This document shows, piece after piece, positions 11,171 to 21,011 of a stretch of 64,000 nucleotides of DNA; the first letter of the stretch is position 1; every line of letters begins with the position of its first letter. Source of the DNA: Chthoniobacterales bacterium (GTDB taxonomy: Bacteria > Verrucomicrobiota > Verrucomicrobiia > Chthoniobacterales > Chthoniobacteraceae); assembly GCA_038207335.1 (NCBI GenBank), contig JBBQZX010000007.1, positions 64,001 through 128,000 of the forward strand, given 5' to 3'. The notes below the pieces were generated by a model. It searched no databases, was not told the origin of the DNA, and saw only the letters and a program-made list of their open reading frames with translations. The translations under genes were made by a program, and so were the position numbers.

Positions 11171-11637
11171 TGGCCGACGGCGACGATCGCACGCTGCTCG
11201 CAGCGCAGGGATACAGCGAACTCGGCATGTTCGACGACGCGCTCGAAGAGCTCGCCGCGCTACCCATGGAGTCACGGCAAACTCCGCCCGCGATCGAGAC
11301 GCGGCTGCTGATCCTGATGCAGGCACGCCGATGGAAACACGCGCTCGAAGCAAGCCGCGAACTCTGCGTAGCGGCACCTGAGCGGCCCGTGGGATTCATC
11401 CATGCCTCCTACTGCCTGCACGAGATGGGAAAGACCGCCGAGGCCCGTGAATGCTTGCTCTCCGGGCCAGCGACGCTGCGCACTGAGCCAACGTATCACT
11501 ACAATCTCGCGTGCTATGAATGCCGCCTCGGTCAACTCGACCTCGCCCGCGCGCACCTCGAAAAGAGCTTCGCGCTCGACAAAAAATTCCGCGACTTCGC
11601 GAAGCACGACCCCGACCTCGCAGCGCTCCGCGAGTGA
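11170..11637 (+). CDS. TPR-repeat protein
   Basis: AAQGYSELGM...A, YNLACYECRLG...A, DPDL C-terminal TPR cap. Confidence 0.8.
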   Translation: MADGDDRTLLAAQGYSELGMFDDALEELAALPMESRQTPPAIETRLLILMQARRWKHALEASRELCVAAPERPVGFIHASYCLHEMGKTAEARECLLSGPATLRTEPTYHYNLACYECRLGQLDLARAHLEKSFALDKKFRDFAKHDPDLAALRE

Positions 11638-12800
11638 GCACGAAAATTGCATCGTACGGAGCGTTGCACCTCCGACGGGTGGCTGAGCTTTTTGAGGAGA
11701 ATTTCGAGGCGTTCGGCGAACTCGGAGCTTCCGTTTCGGTGTGGCAGGACGGATGCGAGATTTTGAGTCTCGCGAACGGGTTTCGCGACCGCGAGGAAAC
11801 CGAGCGGTGGACTGCTAGGACACCGGTTCTATTTTGGTCTGCGACCAAGGGACTGGCCGCCGCGTGTGTGCTGCACGCGTGTGAAACGCACGGCATTTCG
11901 CTCGAGGAAGATGTCGCAAAGCTGTGGCCGGAATTCGCGGCGGCAGGAAAAGATGGAATCACGATTGCGGAACTGATGTCGCATCGCGCAGGGCTGCCCG
12001 CGCTGTCGCAAGCGGTGTCGGTCCTCGACTACGCGGCGGTGGTGTCATCTCTCGCGAACGAGCCTCCACACTGGCCTCGCGGCTCGGGGCACGGTTATCA
12101 TCCGCGCACATTCGGGTTCCTGCTCGACGAGCTTTTGCGCCGAATCACCGGCGGCACACCGTTACGCGAATACTGGCGCGCGACGTTCGCCGAACCACTC
12201 GCGCTCGATCTTTGGATCGGGGTTGACTCCAATCGAGTCGAGCAGGTCGCGCCGATTTTCCCCGCGCGCACCACCCTGCCGAAAGGCGACCAGTTTTACA
12301 CCGCCTTCCTCACCGCGGGCTCGTTCACCGCGCGCGCATTCGGCTCGCCGCGCGGACTGCACAGCGTCGCACAAATGAATCTCCCTGCATCGCGCACCGC
12401 TTCGTTTCCGGCGTTTGGCGGCATCGGCACGGCGCAATCTCTGGCGAAATTCTACGCGATGCTCGCCGGCGGCGGCGCGCTTGATGGCCTGGAATTCTTC
12501 AACGCGGAAGCGCTCGCAGCGATGAGCACGACACTCACACAGGGACACGACCGGGTTCTTCAGATCGAAACCGCATTTTCCGCGGGCTTCATGCGCGATC
12601 CCGTCGATTCCGTCGGCTCAAAGTCGCGCGAGAATTTTGGCCCATCGCCGCGCGCCTTTGGTCATCCCGGCGCGGGCGGGAGCCTCGCGTTCGCCGACCC
12701 CGACCAGCGCGTCAGCTTCGCCTACGTGATGAACCAGATGGAGCCCGGCGTGCTACCGAATCGGAAATCGCTGAGGCTCGTCGAAGCGCTTTACGGCTGA
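11634..12800 (+). CDS. Serine hydrolase, beta-lactamase/family VIII esterase
   Basis: SATK (SxxK), LMSHRAGL, GYHPRTFG, FGHPGAGGS, FAYVMN; GTG start overlapping the upstream stop. Confidence 0.9.
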   Translation: MSTKIASYGALHLRRVAELFEENFEAFGELGASVSVWQDGCEILSLANGFRDREETERWTARTPVLFWSATKGLAAACVLHACETHGISLEEDVAKLWPEFAAAGKDGITIAELMSHRAGLPALSQAVSVLDYAAVVSSLANEPPHWPRGSGHGYHPRTFGFLLDELLRRITGGTPLREYWRATFAEPLALDLWIGVDSNRVEQVAPIFPARTTLPKGDQFYTAFLTAGSFTARAFGSPRGLHSVAQMNLPASRTASFPAFGGIGTAQSLAKFYAMLAGGGALDGLEFFNAEALAAMSTTLTQGHDRVLQIETAFSAGFMRDPVDSVGSKSRENFGPSPRAFGHPGAGGSLAFADPDQRVSFAYVMNQMEPGVLPNRKSLRLVEALYG

Positions 12801-12827
12801 AATCCGGGCGCGCCCGATTTCCTCTCG

Positions 12828-13595
12828 ATGAAACTCCAAAACAAAGTCGCACTCGTGACCGGAGCCACGAGTGGAATCGGCAAAGCCATCGCGGCTCGTT
12901 TCGCAGCGGACGGCGCGCACGTTGTGGTGAATTTCCGGCCTTCGCCGGAAAACGTTGAGAAAGCCGCGGCTCAGATCGCGGGCTACAAGACGCGCGGCAT
13001 AGGAGTCTCGGCGGATGTGTCGAAGCGCGACGACCTCGCGCGACTCGTGGAGAAGACGGTGTCCGAATTCGGACGGCTCGACATCGTGGTGAACAACGCC
13101 GGGATGGAGATCAAAAAGCCATTTCTTGAAGTCACGGACGACGAATGGGAAAAGGTGATCGCGCTGAATCTTTTCGGTCCATTCGCGCTATGCCAGATCG
13201 CTGCGCGCCAAATGGTGGCACAGGGCGGCGGCGGACGAATCATCAATATCTCCTCCGTGCATGAGGACGTCCCGTTCGCCGGTTACACCGCTTATTGCGC
13301 CGCTAAAGGCGGACTGCGAATGCTCACGCGCAATCTCGCGATCGAGCTCGCCCCTCACAAAATCAGCGTGAACAACATCGCGCCGGGCGCAATCGCGACG
13401 CCGATCAACCAAGGCGTGCTCGACAACGCCGAGCAGCTCAAGAACGCGATTTCCGAAATCCCTCTCGGGCGTTTTGGCCGCCCGGATGAAGTCGCCGCGG
13501 TGGCCGCATTCCTCGGGAGCGACGAGGCGGAATACGTCACTGGCAGCACCTATTACATCGACGGCGGACTTACGCAGCAAGTCACGAAGTATTGA
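12828..13595 (+). CDS. SDR oxidoreductase (glucose 1-dehydrogenase-like)
   Basis: TGATSGIG, NNAG, SSVHE, YCAAK, IAPGAIATPIN. Confidence 0.92.
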   Translation: MKLQNKVALVTGATSGIGKAIAARFAADGAHVVVNFRPSPENVEKAAAQIAGYKTRGIGVSADVSKRDDLARLVEKTVSEFGRLDIVVNNAGMEIKKPFLEVTDDEWEKVIALNLFGPFALCQIAARQMVAQGGGGRIINISSVHEDVPFAGYTAYCAAKGGLRMLTRNLAIELAPHKISVNNIAPGAIATPINQGVLDNAEQLKNAISEIPLGRFGRPDEVAAVAAFLGSDEAEYVTGSTYYIDGGLTQQVTKY

Positions 13596-13605
13596 GCGCG
13601 TGGCA

Positions 13606-14634
13606 TCATACGATGCGGCGTCCGCGCTCCGCAGCAGTCACGAGACCGCTTTCAAGATTGCGCAGCCGTGTCGTGGCAGAGTAAAAATTTCCGCTTACCC
13701 CGATGCGAGGTAGGCTATGGAGACTGGAGGCGTGTGAAGGAAAAAGGTTCCCGGTTGCCGTGGTCACCGCGGTCGTGAAACCGCATTTTTTTGCGAGGGC
13801 GAACTCACGCAGACCGGCAGCATTCCGCCCACCAAACGGATACGCAAAATGGCGAATCTCGGATTCGAAATGGGCCTCGAGATCACGCTTGGAATCCGAC
13901 ATCTCGGCGGCGGCCTCAGCGAGCGTGAGATTCGCAAGAGTGTGATGCTCGACGCTGTGCGCGCCGATACTCACGAGCGGATCGGCTGCGAGTGTCCGCA
14001 CCTCGCGCCAGTTTAAAATGAGGCTCTTCGCGTAGTCGAGTTGACGCGCATTCTCGGCGGAGAAAATCGCGTCGAGCAAATCCCGCTGCTCCTGTCCACC
14101 GGCGGCTCGGATGAGATGCGCGAGTTCACTAAAGGCGGATTCACGCGCGGCTTCGCCGTGGCAGCGGAACTCGCACGGTTGATCTTTCCAGCGAAACGCA
14201 AGCCGGTCGCGCGCGACGAGCAGACCCTCAAGAGCATACCACCACGGAGTCGCGTTGCCGGAGATGAATCCGGTCGTGACATTCACCGTAAATGGCACCT
14301 CGAACTCGCGGAAAATCGGCAGCGCGTGCGTGAGATTGTCGCGGTATCCATCGTCGAAGGTGAAGGCGATAAATTTACCGCGGCGCGGGTGCGCGAGCCG
14401 CTCTGGCACTGCATCGAGCGCGATCGGATCGAGGCCCCGCGCGCGAATCCATTCGAGGATTTCGCGCAACGTTTCTGGCGTGATTTCGAGCGCGCGATTT
14501 TCCAAAAAAGATGAACGCTCATCGGCTGGCACGACGCGGTGCAGGCAGAGGATGCAGCCAATCCCGCCATAGAGTGGGCGAAGCAAATACGCGAGCGTGG
14601 CGGCCGCGCACGCATGGAGAAATGAGGCGGGCAT
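13606..14634 (-). CDS. Polysaccharide deacetylase (CE4/NodB-like)
   Basis: LHRV, FTFDDGYRDN, IGAHSVEH, FAYPFG, LPRI motifs. Confidence 0.9.
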   Translation of the reverse strand: MPASFLHACAAATLAYLLRPLYGGIGCILCLHRVVPADERSSFLENRALEITPETLREILEWIRARGLDPIALDAVPERLAHPRRGKFIAFTFDDGYRDNLTHALPIFREFEVPFTVNVTTGFISGNATPWWYALEGLLVARDRLAFRWKDQPCEFRCHGEAARESAFSELAHLIRAAGGQEQRDLLDAIFSAENARQLDYAKSLILNWREVRTLAADPLVSIGAHSVEHHTLANLTLAEAAAEMSDSKRDLEAHFESEIRHFAYPFGGRNAAGLREFALAKKCGFTTAVTTATGNLFPSHASSLHSLPRIGVSGNFYSATTRLRNLESGLVTAAERGRRIV

Positions 14635-14757
14635 GATGACTGGGTTGGAAAACCAAGCCCGGAGCCAGCCGTCGGAGTGTGGCTGCTGACCTCCGGTTGA
14701 CGGCTTCCGCCGTTTTCTTTACGCGAGACGCACCGCCGTGGAAAGTGCGGAACAAGC

Positions 14758-16044
14758 GTGATCATCCCCGCATTTCCTTCATTTTCAGAGCTTTCCGAGC
14801 GCGCCGATTCTCCGGTTTTCGCCGTCGTATTTTGCGCGGAATCCTACAACGCTCTGGCGGTCATTCGCGCGCTCGGGAGGCGCGGCGTGCCGGTGCTCGC
14901 GCTCGGGCAGGAGGCGGATTCAATCGGCTTCCGTTCGCGCTTCGCGACCGAGAAGGCAGTGTATCCCGACCCTGTCGTGGACGAAGCGGGCTTTGTCGCG
15001 CGCGTGTCAGAACTCGGCGCGCGCCTCGCCACGAGGGGTGTGCGCGCGGTCACGTTTCCGAGCAGTGATCGCGTCGTTCGCATTTTGTCGGATCATCGGG
15101 AAAGCCTGGGGAAATACTTCCAGCTCTTCCTGCCATCCCGCGAAAGCGTCGCGGCGTGCCTCGACAAGCTGGCGCAATATCGCGTGGCCGCCGAAATTGG
15201 CGTCCCATTTCCGCGCACCTATTCCAACGGACAGGAGGACGAACTGCTCGCGGATCTCGCGGCGGAGCGTGCGCGGCTGCCGCTTTTTTTCAAGTCGCGC
15301 GGCCCGCTGCCCGATCACGAACTCAACCGACGCTTCCGGCGAGTGGTGCTCTCGGAGCGCGAGCAGGTTGCCACGATGCTGCGGGAGGCTGGTGAATGCG
15401 GCGTGCTTTTCGTGGTGCAGGAAATCATCCCTGGCGCGGACGATCAGCTCTACACGCTTGGAGCGACGATGGATGGAAACGGGGGAGTTCTCGCTGCTTT
15501 CACCGGGCGGAAGCTGCGGCAGATGCCTCCCGGATTCGGCATTTGCCGCGTCGGCGAAACGGTGGATACACCCGCGGTTCTCGATCACGGCGAGCGTCTT
15601 TTGCGTGCGCTGGAGTTCCGCGGGATTTCGCAGGTCGAGTTCAAATTCGATGTCCGCGATGGGGAGTTCAAACTCATGGAGGTGAACCCTCGAAGCTGGT
15701 CGTGGGTCGGCCTGCCGATCGCACTCGGATGCGATTTGCCTTACGCCGCGCTTTGCGCCGCGCTCGGGTTTTCACTCACCGGAAAAGTCTCTACACCGTC
15801 CGGGAAAGCGCTCTGGATCTCACTTTCCCACGATCTCGATTACTCCGTAAGCTGCCGAGATGGGCGTCCGTGGGCGCATCTTTTTCGCGGATACGATCGA
15901 GTCGTGGAGGCATATCACGCGAGCGACGACCGCGGACCTGGTATCGCGCACTTTCGCACAACGGCGCTCGATTTTGCCGCGCGCAGCGTTCGGAAACTCG
16001 GCAAGCTCGTCGGGATTACCGCTCGAAAAACCACCCCACCATGA
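14758..16044 (+). CDS. ATP-grasp carboxylate-amine ligase (D-aspartate-ligase-like)
   Basis: LAVIRALGRRGV, CLDK, GVPFPRT, VVQEIIPG, RKLRQMPPGFG, GISQVEFKFDVRDGEFKLMEVNPR. Confidence 0.88.
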   Translation: MIIPAFPSFSELSERADSPVFAVVFCAESYNALAVIRALGRRGVPVLALGQEADSIGFRSRFATEKAVYPDPVVDEAGFVARVSELGARLATRGVRAVTFPSSDRVVRILSDHRESLGKYFQLFLPSRESVAACLDKLAQYRVAAEIGVPFPRTYSNGQEDELLADLAAERARLPLFFKSRGPLPDHELNRRFRRVVLSEREQVATMLREAGECGVLFVVQEIIPGADDQLYTLGATMDGNGGVLAAFTGRKLRQMPPGFGICRVGETVDTPAVLDHGERLLRALEFRGISQVEFKFDVRDGEFKLMEVNPRSWSWVGLPIALGCDLPYAALCAALGFSLTGKVSTPSGKALWISLSHDLDYSVSCRDGRPWAHLFRGYDRVVEAYHASDDRGPGIAHFRTTALDFAARSVRKLGKLVGITARKTTPP

Positions 16045-16787
16045 AACGTCTCAAACTCCCGTCGCGTTCCGCAAAACCGCGCAAACACGGGCTCACAGCG
16101 ATCACCGACCTCGGCCTCACTGTCGCGGGACTGCGCGAATTGCTCACCGAATTCCACGACTATCTCGACATCGCGAAATTCGGAATTGGCACTGCGTATC
16201 TCACTCCGCGGCTTGATGAAAAACTCGCGATTTACCGCGAGTTCGGCGTCGTGCCGTATTTTGGTGGCACGCTTTTCGAGAAGTTTTTCCACCAGAAAAA
16301 GGTGGTCGATTACGTGAAGTATCTGCGCCAGCACGGAGTCGATTGGATCGAGATTTCCAATGGCACGATCGAACTCCCGCTGGCGCAGCGCGTGAAGCTC
16401 GTGAAGGAGCTCCGCGGTGAGTTCAAAGTCGTTTGCGAAGTCGGCTGCAAGGACGCGACGAAAGTGATGCCGCCCTCGGAGTGGATCGAGGAATTGCAGG
16501 CGACGCTCGATGCAGGCGCGAGCTACGTCATCACCGAGGGACGCGACTCGGCCACCGCGGGGCTTTACCGCGAGTCGGGTGAAATCCGCGAGGGACTGCT
16601 CTCGGACATCCTGAAATCCGTGGACCCGAAGCGCACGATTTTCGAAGCACCAACGCACCGCACTCAGATGTTTTTCATCAATCTCGTGGGCGCAGATGTG
16701 AATCTCGGCAACATCGCCGCGCACGATCTCCTCGTGCTCGAAGCAGAGCGGCGCGGGCTGCGTTACGAGACGTTTTTCAACAAGTGA
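16041..16787 (+). CDS. comA: (2R)-phospho-3-sulfolactate synthase
   Basis: KPRKHGLTAITDLG, AKFGIGT, GGTLFE, EISNGTI, EVGCKD, EGRDS, IFEAP, VNLGNI, LEAERRGLR; ATG at 16041 overlaps the upstream stop. Confidence 0.92.
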   Translation: MKRLKLPSRSAKPRKHGLTAITDLGLTVAGLRELLTEFHDYLDIAKFGIGTAYLTPRLDEKLAIYREFGVVPYFGGTLFEKFFHQKKVVDYVKYLRQHGVDWIEISNGTIELPLAQRVKLVKELRGEFKVVCEVGCKDATKVMPPSEWIEELQATLDAGASYVITEGRDSATAGLYRESGEIREGLLSDILKSVDPKRTIFEAPTHRTQMFFINLVGADVNLGNIAAHDLLVLEAERRGLRYETFFNK

Positions 16788-17323
16788 AGCTCGTGCTCGT
16801 GCGGCATTTGGCGACCACGTGGAATCTCGATGGACGCCTGCAGGGACACCGCGACATCCCGCTCGCTCCGCTCGATTCTGCCGCGCGCACCGCACTCGAA
16901 AGCCTGCGCGCATCGCTCGTCACGCATGGGCCATTCGACGCCATTTTTTGCAGCACGCTGCAACGCACTCGGCAGACCGCTGAACTCTGCGGCTTCGAAG
17001 CTGTTCGCGAGGATCCGCTGCTTGACGAATTGGACTTCGGGAAGTGGGAGGGAGCGCGGCGCGAGGAGTTCCTCGCGTCGGAAGGCGACGCGTGGAGATC
17101 ACATCCCGAGACGCTCGCGTTCGGCGAGACGATGCGCGCATTCGAGGCGCGCGTCCGTCATTGGATGAGCCTGCACAAAGGATCCGCGAGCGTGCTCGCA
17201 TTCGGCCACGGCGCATGGATGCGCGCTGCTCGCGCCATTTCGGAAACAGGGCAAATCACCACGATGAACCGCAGCGAACTCGTGAACAGCGCGGTTTTGA
17301 TCCTGCGTCCGCCTTCGGACTAA
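16784..17323 (+). CDS. Histidine phosphatase superfamily protein
   Basis: LVRHLAT..N...RLQG..DIPL, STLQRTRQTA, ELDFGKWEG, FGHG; GTGA overlap with comA. Confidence 0.88.
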   Translation: MKLVLVRHLATTWNLDGRLQGHRDIPLAPLDSAARTALESLRASLVTHGPFDAIFCSTLQRTRQTAELCGFEAVREDPLLDELDFGKWEGARREEFLASEGDAWRSHPETLAFGETMRAFEARVRHWMSLHKGSASVLAFGHGAWMRAARAISETGQITTMNRSELVNSAVLILRPPSD

Positions 17324-17329
17324 ATCCTC

Positions 17330-18529
17330 TCATTCGCAGCGACGGCTGACTCGCTCGCGTGCGGCAGCGGGGTTCGCAGATTCCGCTTTCCCGTCGATGA
17401 GGCGCGCGTGCTCGCCGAGGAGGTATCGGTCGGTCATGCCGGAAAGGTAATCGCAGACAGTGCGGTGGAGGCCGTCGTGTTTCACTCGTCGAGCGGTGGC
17501 AGCACCGAGTAGTTCGGGCTCGGCGAGATATGCCTCGAATACTTTTTTGAGCATCACGCAGGCGCGCTGGTTCACGCCGGCGACGCGTGGGTGGTAGTAG
17601 AGATTTTTGTAGAGAAAGCGGCGCAGCTTCTTATTTCCGGCGAGAAGCGGGAGGCTGTAGCGGATCAGCGGCTTTTTCTGACGGCGGACATCGTCGGCGC
17701 TTTGCACGTCGGCAGTGGCGATGAGTTCGTCGCTGGTCGCGATGACATCCTGGACCTGCCGATCGATGATGCAGCGGATGACGTAGCTGTGCAGTTCCTT
17801 CGCGCGGAGTTTTGGAAAACTTGCGCGTACCTCGGCGTAACTTTCGTCCCACACCTCGAGTTCGCTGAGCTGCCGCGGTGTGATGAGTGCAAAGTCGAGT
17901 CCGTCGTCGAGGTCGTGGCTGTAGTAGGTGATCTCATCGGCGAGGTTCGCGATTTGCGCCTCGAGCGACGGACAGAAGAATTTCGCGCCATCCTCGGAGG
18001 GCTCGGGTGGGTCGTAAAATTTCGCGTGCTTCTTGAGCCCCTCGCGGACTTCCCACGAAAGATTCAGGCCGGTGAAGCGGGGGTATTTCTGCTCGATCAG
18101 TTCGACGATCCGCAGGCTTTGCGTGTTGTGCTCGAAGCCGCCGTGCTCGCGCATCATTTCGTGCAGGACTTCCTCGCCCGAGTGGCCGAATGGCGAGTGA
18201 CCGAGATCGTGCGCGAGCGCGATGGCCTCCGTGAGGTCTTCATTCAGGCCGAGAGCCCGCGCGATGGTGCGACTGATCGAGGCGACCTCCATGGTGTGCG
18301 TGAGCCGCGTGCGGAGGTGGTCACCCTGGCCGTTCAGGAAGACCTGCGTTTTATATTCGAGGCGCCGGAAGGCCCGTGAATGAATGATCCGCGAGCGGTC
18401 GCGCTCGTACTCGGTGCGGAAAGGGTGGCGCGGCTCGGGATGCTCGCGGCCTGCGGAGTCACCGGATTTCTGTGCAAAAGACGCTAGTTTTTCCCTTTCG
18501 ATTTGCTCGAAGTCAGCGCGCGATTTCAT
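17330..18529 (-). CDS. dgt: Deoxyguanosinetriphosphate triphosphohydrolase (HD family)
   Basis: RDRSRIIHSRAFRRLEYKTQVF, RTRLTH, AHDLGHSPFGHSGE, ADEITYYSHDLDD, DYLSGMTDRY; start at MKSRADF. Confidence 0.95.
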   Translation of the reverse strand: MKSRADFEQIEREKLASFAQKSGDSAGREHPEPRHPFRTEYERDRSRIIHSRAFRRLEYKTQVFLNGQGDHLRTRLTHTMEVASISRTIARALGLNEDLTEAIALAHDLGHSPFGHSGEEVLHEMMREHGGFEHNTQSLRIVELIEQKYPRFTGLNLSWEVREGLKKHAKFYDPPEPSEDGAKFFCPSLEAQIANLADEITYYSHDLDDGLDFALITPRQLSELEVWDESYAEVRASFPKLRAKELHSYVIRCIIDRQVQDVIATSDELIATADVQSADDVRRQKKPLIRYSLPLLAGNKKLRRFLYKNLYYHPRVAGVNQRACVMLKKVFEAYLAEPELLGAATARRVKHDGLHRTVCDYLSGMTDRYLLGEHARLIDGKAESANPAAARERVSRRCE

Positions 18530-18831
18530 CGTGTGGAACTCACTTGCTCGCTCAGGACTTTCTCCGCGAGGCGGCGCTTTTCCTCTCGTGCGGCGCGGCG
18601 CATGAGTAGCATGTCGAAAAGCGCGAGGAGCAGATCGAAAAAAGTGAACCACGCGCAGACCGCCCAATAAACAACGAAGAGAAGTGGCCGCTCGCGGAGC
18701 CATACTGCAAGAAAAGTGGAGCCGGCAAAGAGGAGCGCAAGCGCGGTGAGGACGCCGTAAAACATGAGCAGCCGACGCCCGCGCGCATCGCGGATCAATC
18801 CTTTGCTGATGCTGGTGGTGAGCTTGATCAC
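18526..18831 (-). CDS. Small two-TM membrane protein
   Basis: GTG start; two hydrophobic segments and a basic tail; stop overlaps the dgt start. Confidence 0.7.
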   Translation of the reverse strand: MIKLTTSISKGLIRDARGRRLLMFYGVLTALALLFAGSTFLAVWLRERPLLFVVYWAVCAWFTFFDLLLALFDMLLMRRAAREEKRRLAEKVLSEQVSSTR

Positions 18832-18881
18832 GTCGCCGGCGAAAGTAGCGGAGTGGCTCGGATTGACAACCCGCGCCGGAC

Positions 18882-19631
18882 TCACCTCGGCAGGAATTTC
18901 GTGCCAGTTTGCTTGCCCGCGAGGATGTCGCCGATCTGCCGCGGCTTCCGCCCATGCGCGATTTGCGTGAGGATCCCCGCCTCCACGGCGAGCTTCACGG
19001 CCTGCAATTTCGAGATCATTCCACCGACGGAAAACTGCCCTTTTTCCTGCCGCGCGAGCGACGCGACCGAGTCGATATTTTCGACGACTGCGACGGTCGC
19101 TCCACTCTCGTCGAGGAGCCCATCGACGCTCGTTAGGAGGATGAGCAAATCGGCACGGGCGAGGATCGCGACTTCCGCGGAAAGCCGGTCGTTGTCTCCA
19201 AATTTCAGCTCTTCCACCGCTACCGAATCGTTCTCGTTGATGATCGGCACGACCGACTTTCGCGTGAGCAAATGCTCGAGCGTGTTGTGCGCGTTTGCGT
19301 ATCGCGTGCGGCTGTCGAGGTCGCCGTGCGTGAGCAGGAGCTGCGCGACATTCAGACCGCGGCTCTCGAACATCGTGGCGTAGAGCTGCATGAGTTTCGA
19401 TTGCCCCACCGCGGCGCACGACTGGCGCGCCGCGAGTTCGTCGGGTCGCGACTTTAGCCCGAGCGCCATGAGCCCCGCAGCAACCGCGCCGCTGGAGACG
19501 ACGACGCACTCGTGCCCCGCCTGCACGAGTTCCGCGACCTCGCCGCTGAGTCGCTCGAATTGCTCGCGATCGAGGCTGTTGCCCTCGGGATTCGCGAGGA
19601 TGCCGGAGCCGAATTTAAGGACGATGCGCAC
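18882..19631 (-). CDS. proB: Glutamate 5-kinase (no PUA domain)
   Basis: VLKFGSG, VSSGAVAAG, AAVGQ, PIINENDSV, FGDNDRLSA, GGMISKLQA. Confidence 0.95.
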   Translation of the reverse strand: MRIVLKFGSGILANPEGNSLDREQFERLSGEVAELVQAGHECVVVSSGAVAAGLMALGLKSRPDELAARQSCAAVGQSKLMQLYATMFESRGLNVAQLLLTHGDLDSRTRYANAHNTLEHLLTRKSVVPIINENDSVAVEELKFGDNDRLSAEVAILARADLLILLTSVDGLLDESGATVAVVENIDSVASLARQEKGQFSVGGMISKLQAVKLAVEAGILTQIAHGRKPRQIGDILAGKQTGTKFLPR

Positions 19632-19635
19632 TGGG

Positions 19636-20886
19636 TCAGAGCTGGGTTTCGACGGGCGTCTGCACGACCTGAAGCGGTGCCTCCGTGAGTTTGCCGTTTC
19701 CATTTTCACGAGTGATCCGCTGCGACCGCGCGCGGTCCTGAGCGAAAATGCGCGACTGTTGCGCGGCGAAGGGCGCGTCGAGAACGTCGAAGTTTGCCTC
19801 GTCATTCAGGCGCAGCGAGCGGTTGTCGAAATTCGCCGAGCCGATGGAGACGAAGAGGCCGTCGGCGATGAGGAGTTTACAGTGAATCATCGTTGGCTCG
19901 AATTCGTAAATTTCGATGCCGGCGTCGAGCAGCTTGTCCCAGCGTTTGCGCGAGGCGCGGCGCACCGCTTTTTGGTCGATGTGCTCGCCTGGTACGATGA
20001 TCTCCACATGCACGCCGCGCCGCGCTGCAAGCACGAGCGCCTCGATCGTTTTGTCGTCGGGGACGAAGTATGCGTTCTCGATTTTCAGCGACGTGCGCGC
20101 CGAAGCGATGGCGAGGTGATACATGAGCGGGACGGCGTAGTTCCCATTGCGCGGCGAGCTGTGGAAGCTGCTGGCGGCCACGGAGCCGGCGGGGCTCAAG
20201 GCGGGAAAGAAGTCGGGGCCGACGAGGAGTTCTTTCTGCGTGCGTAGCCAGTTCTCGGAAAATGCGGCTTGGATTTGCGCGACCGCGGGGCCCTCGATGC
20301 GGTAATGGGAGTCGCGCCAGTGTTCGGGGGAGTCGGCGTTTCCGTCCCACTGGTCGGCGATGCCGACGCCGCCGATGAAGCCGACTTTGCCATCGACGAC
20401 GAGGAGCTTGCGGTGGGTGCGGTTGTTGTAGCGGCGGATGTCCGGGTAGAAAACGGGATGGTAGCGCACGACTCGGACGCCGGCGGAGTCGAGCAGGTTG
20501 TTGTAAGCGCGCGATTTGCTCGCGCCGTGCGCATCGAGGATGACGAGGACTTTCACGCCAGCCCGCGCGCGCGCGGCGAGCGCCTCGGCAAAGGCGCGCG
20601 GGACCTCGCCTTTTTCAAACACGAACGTCTCGAGTGTGATCGTCTTTTTCGCGCCGCGAATGGCGCTGAGCATCGAGGGGAAAATTTCGACCCCGTTGCT
20701 CAGAGTGGTGATGCGGTTGCCGCCGATGAAGGGCGTGCCGATGACATTGCCCATGGACTGGCGGAATGAGGGGCTGCCGACGGGCGCCGCGCCGGAGATG
20801 GGTTCACGGAGGATTGACTGCGAGGCGCAGCCGCCCAAGGCGGTCGCGAGAGCGATCATGAGAATTGGGATGATGTTTTTGCGCAT
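19636..20886 (-). CDS. Phospholipase D family / cardiolipin synthase (ClsB-like), possible lipoprotein
   Basis: Two HKD motifs (HRKLLVVDG, HCKLLIADG), GSANFDNRS; LGGC lipobox-like leader. Confidence 0.9.
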   Translation of the reverse strand: MRKNIIPILMIALATALGGCASQSILREPISGAAPVGSPSFRQSMGNVIGTPFIGGNRITTLSNGVEIFPSMLSAIRGAKKTITLETFVFEKGEVPRAFAEALAARARAGVKVLVILDAHGASKSRAYNNLLDSAGVRVVRYHPVFYPDIRRYNNRTHRKLLVVDGKVGFIGGVGIADQWDGNADSPEHWRDSHYRIEGPAVAQIQAAFSENWLRTQKELLVGPDFFPALSPAGSVAASSFHSSPRNGNYAVPLMYHLAIASARTSLKIENAYFVPDDKTIEALVLAARRGVHVEIIVPGEHIDQKAVRRASRKRWDKLLDAGIEIYEFEPTMIHCKLLIADGLFVSIGSANFDNRSLRLNDEANFDVLDAPFAAQQSRIFAQDRARSQRITRENGNGKLTEAPLQVVQTPVETQL

Positions 20887-21011
20887 GCTTCGCGGGAGAC
20901 TCGGCGAAGAACCTGCGGGACGTGAACGAAAAACGCGGCAATGACGGCAGGTGAAGTTATGTTATACCAATGGACCACGGCCATTTCGTGAGAGCCGTCG
21001 ATTCTTCCGCT

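Noticed and set aside
15396..16040. 463-aa ORF suggesting an N-terminally extended or fused ComA
   Set aside because: The extension is an Arg-rich shadow frame overlapping the ATP-grasp gene; ComA motifs begin at the ATG at 16041
16041..16787. Coenzyme M biosynthesis
   Set aside because: No comB/C/D/E or other CoM-pathway genes in the window; the context points to another use of sulfolactate
18882..19631. ProB without a PUA domain (and stand-alone CoaB at 8650-9288) as novelties
   Set aside because: Both are known natural variants
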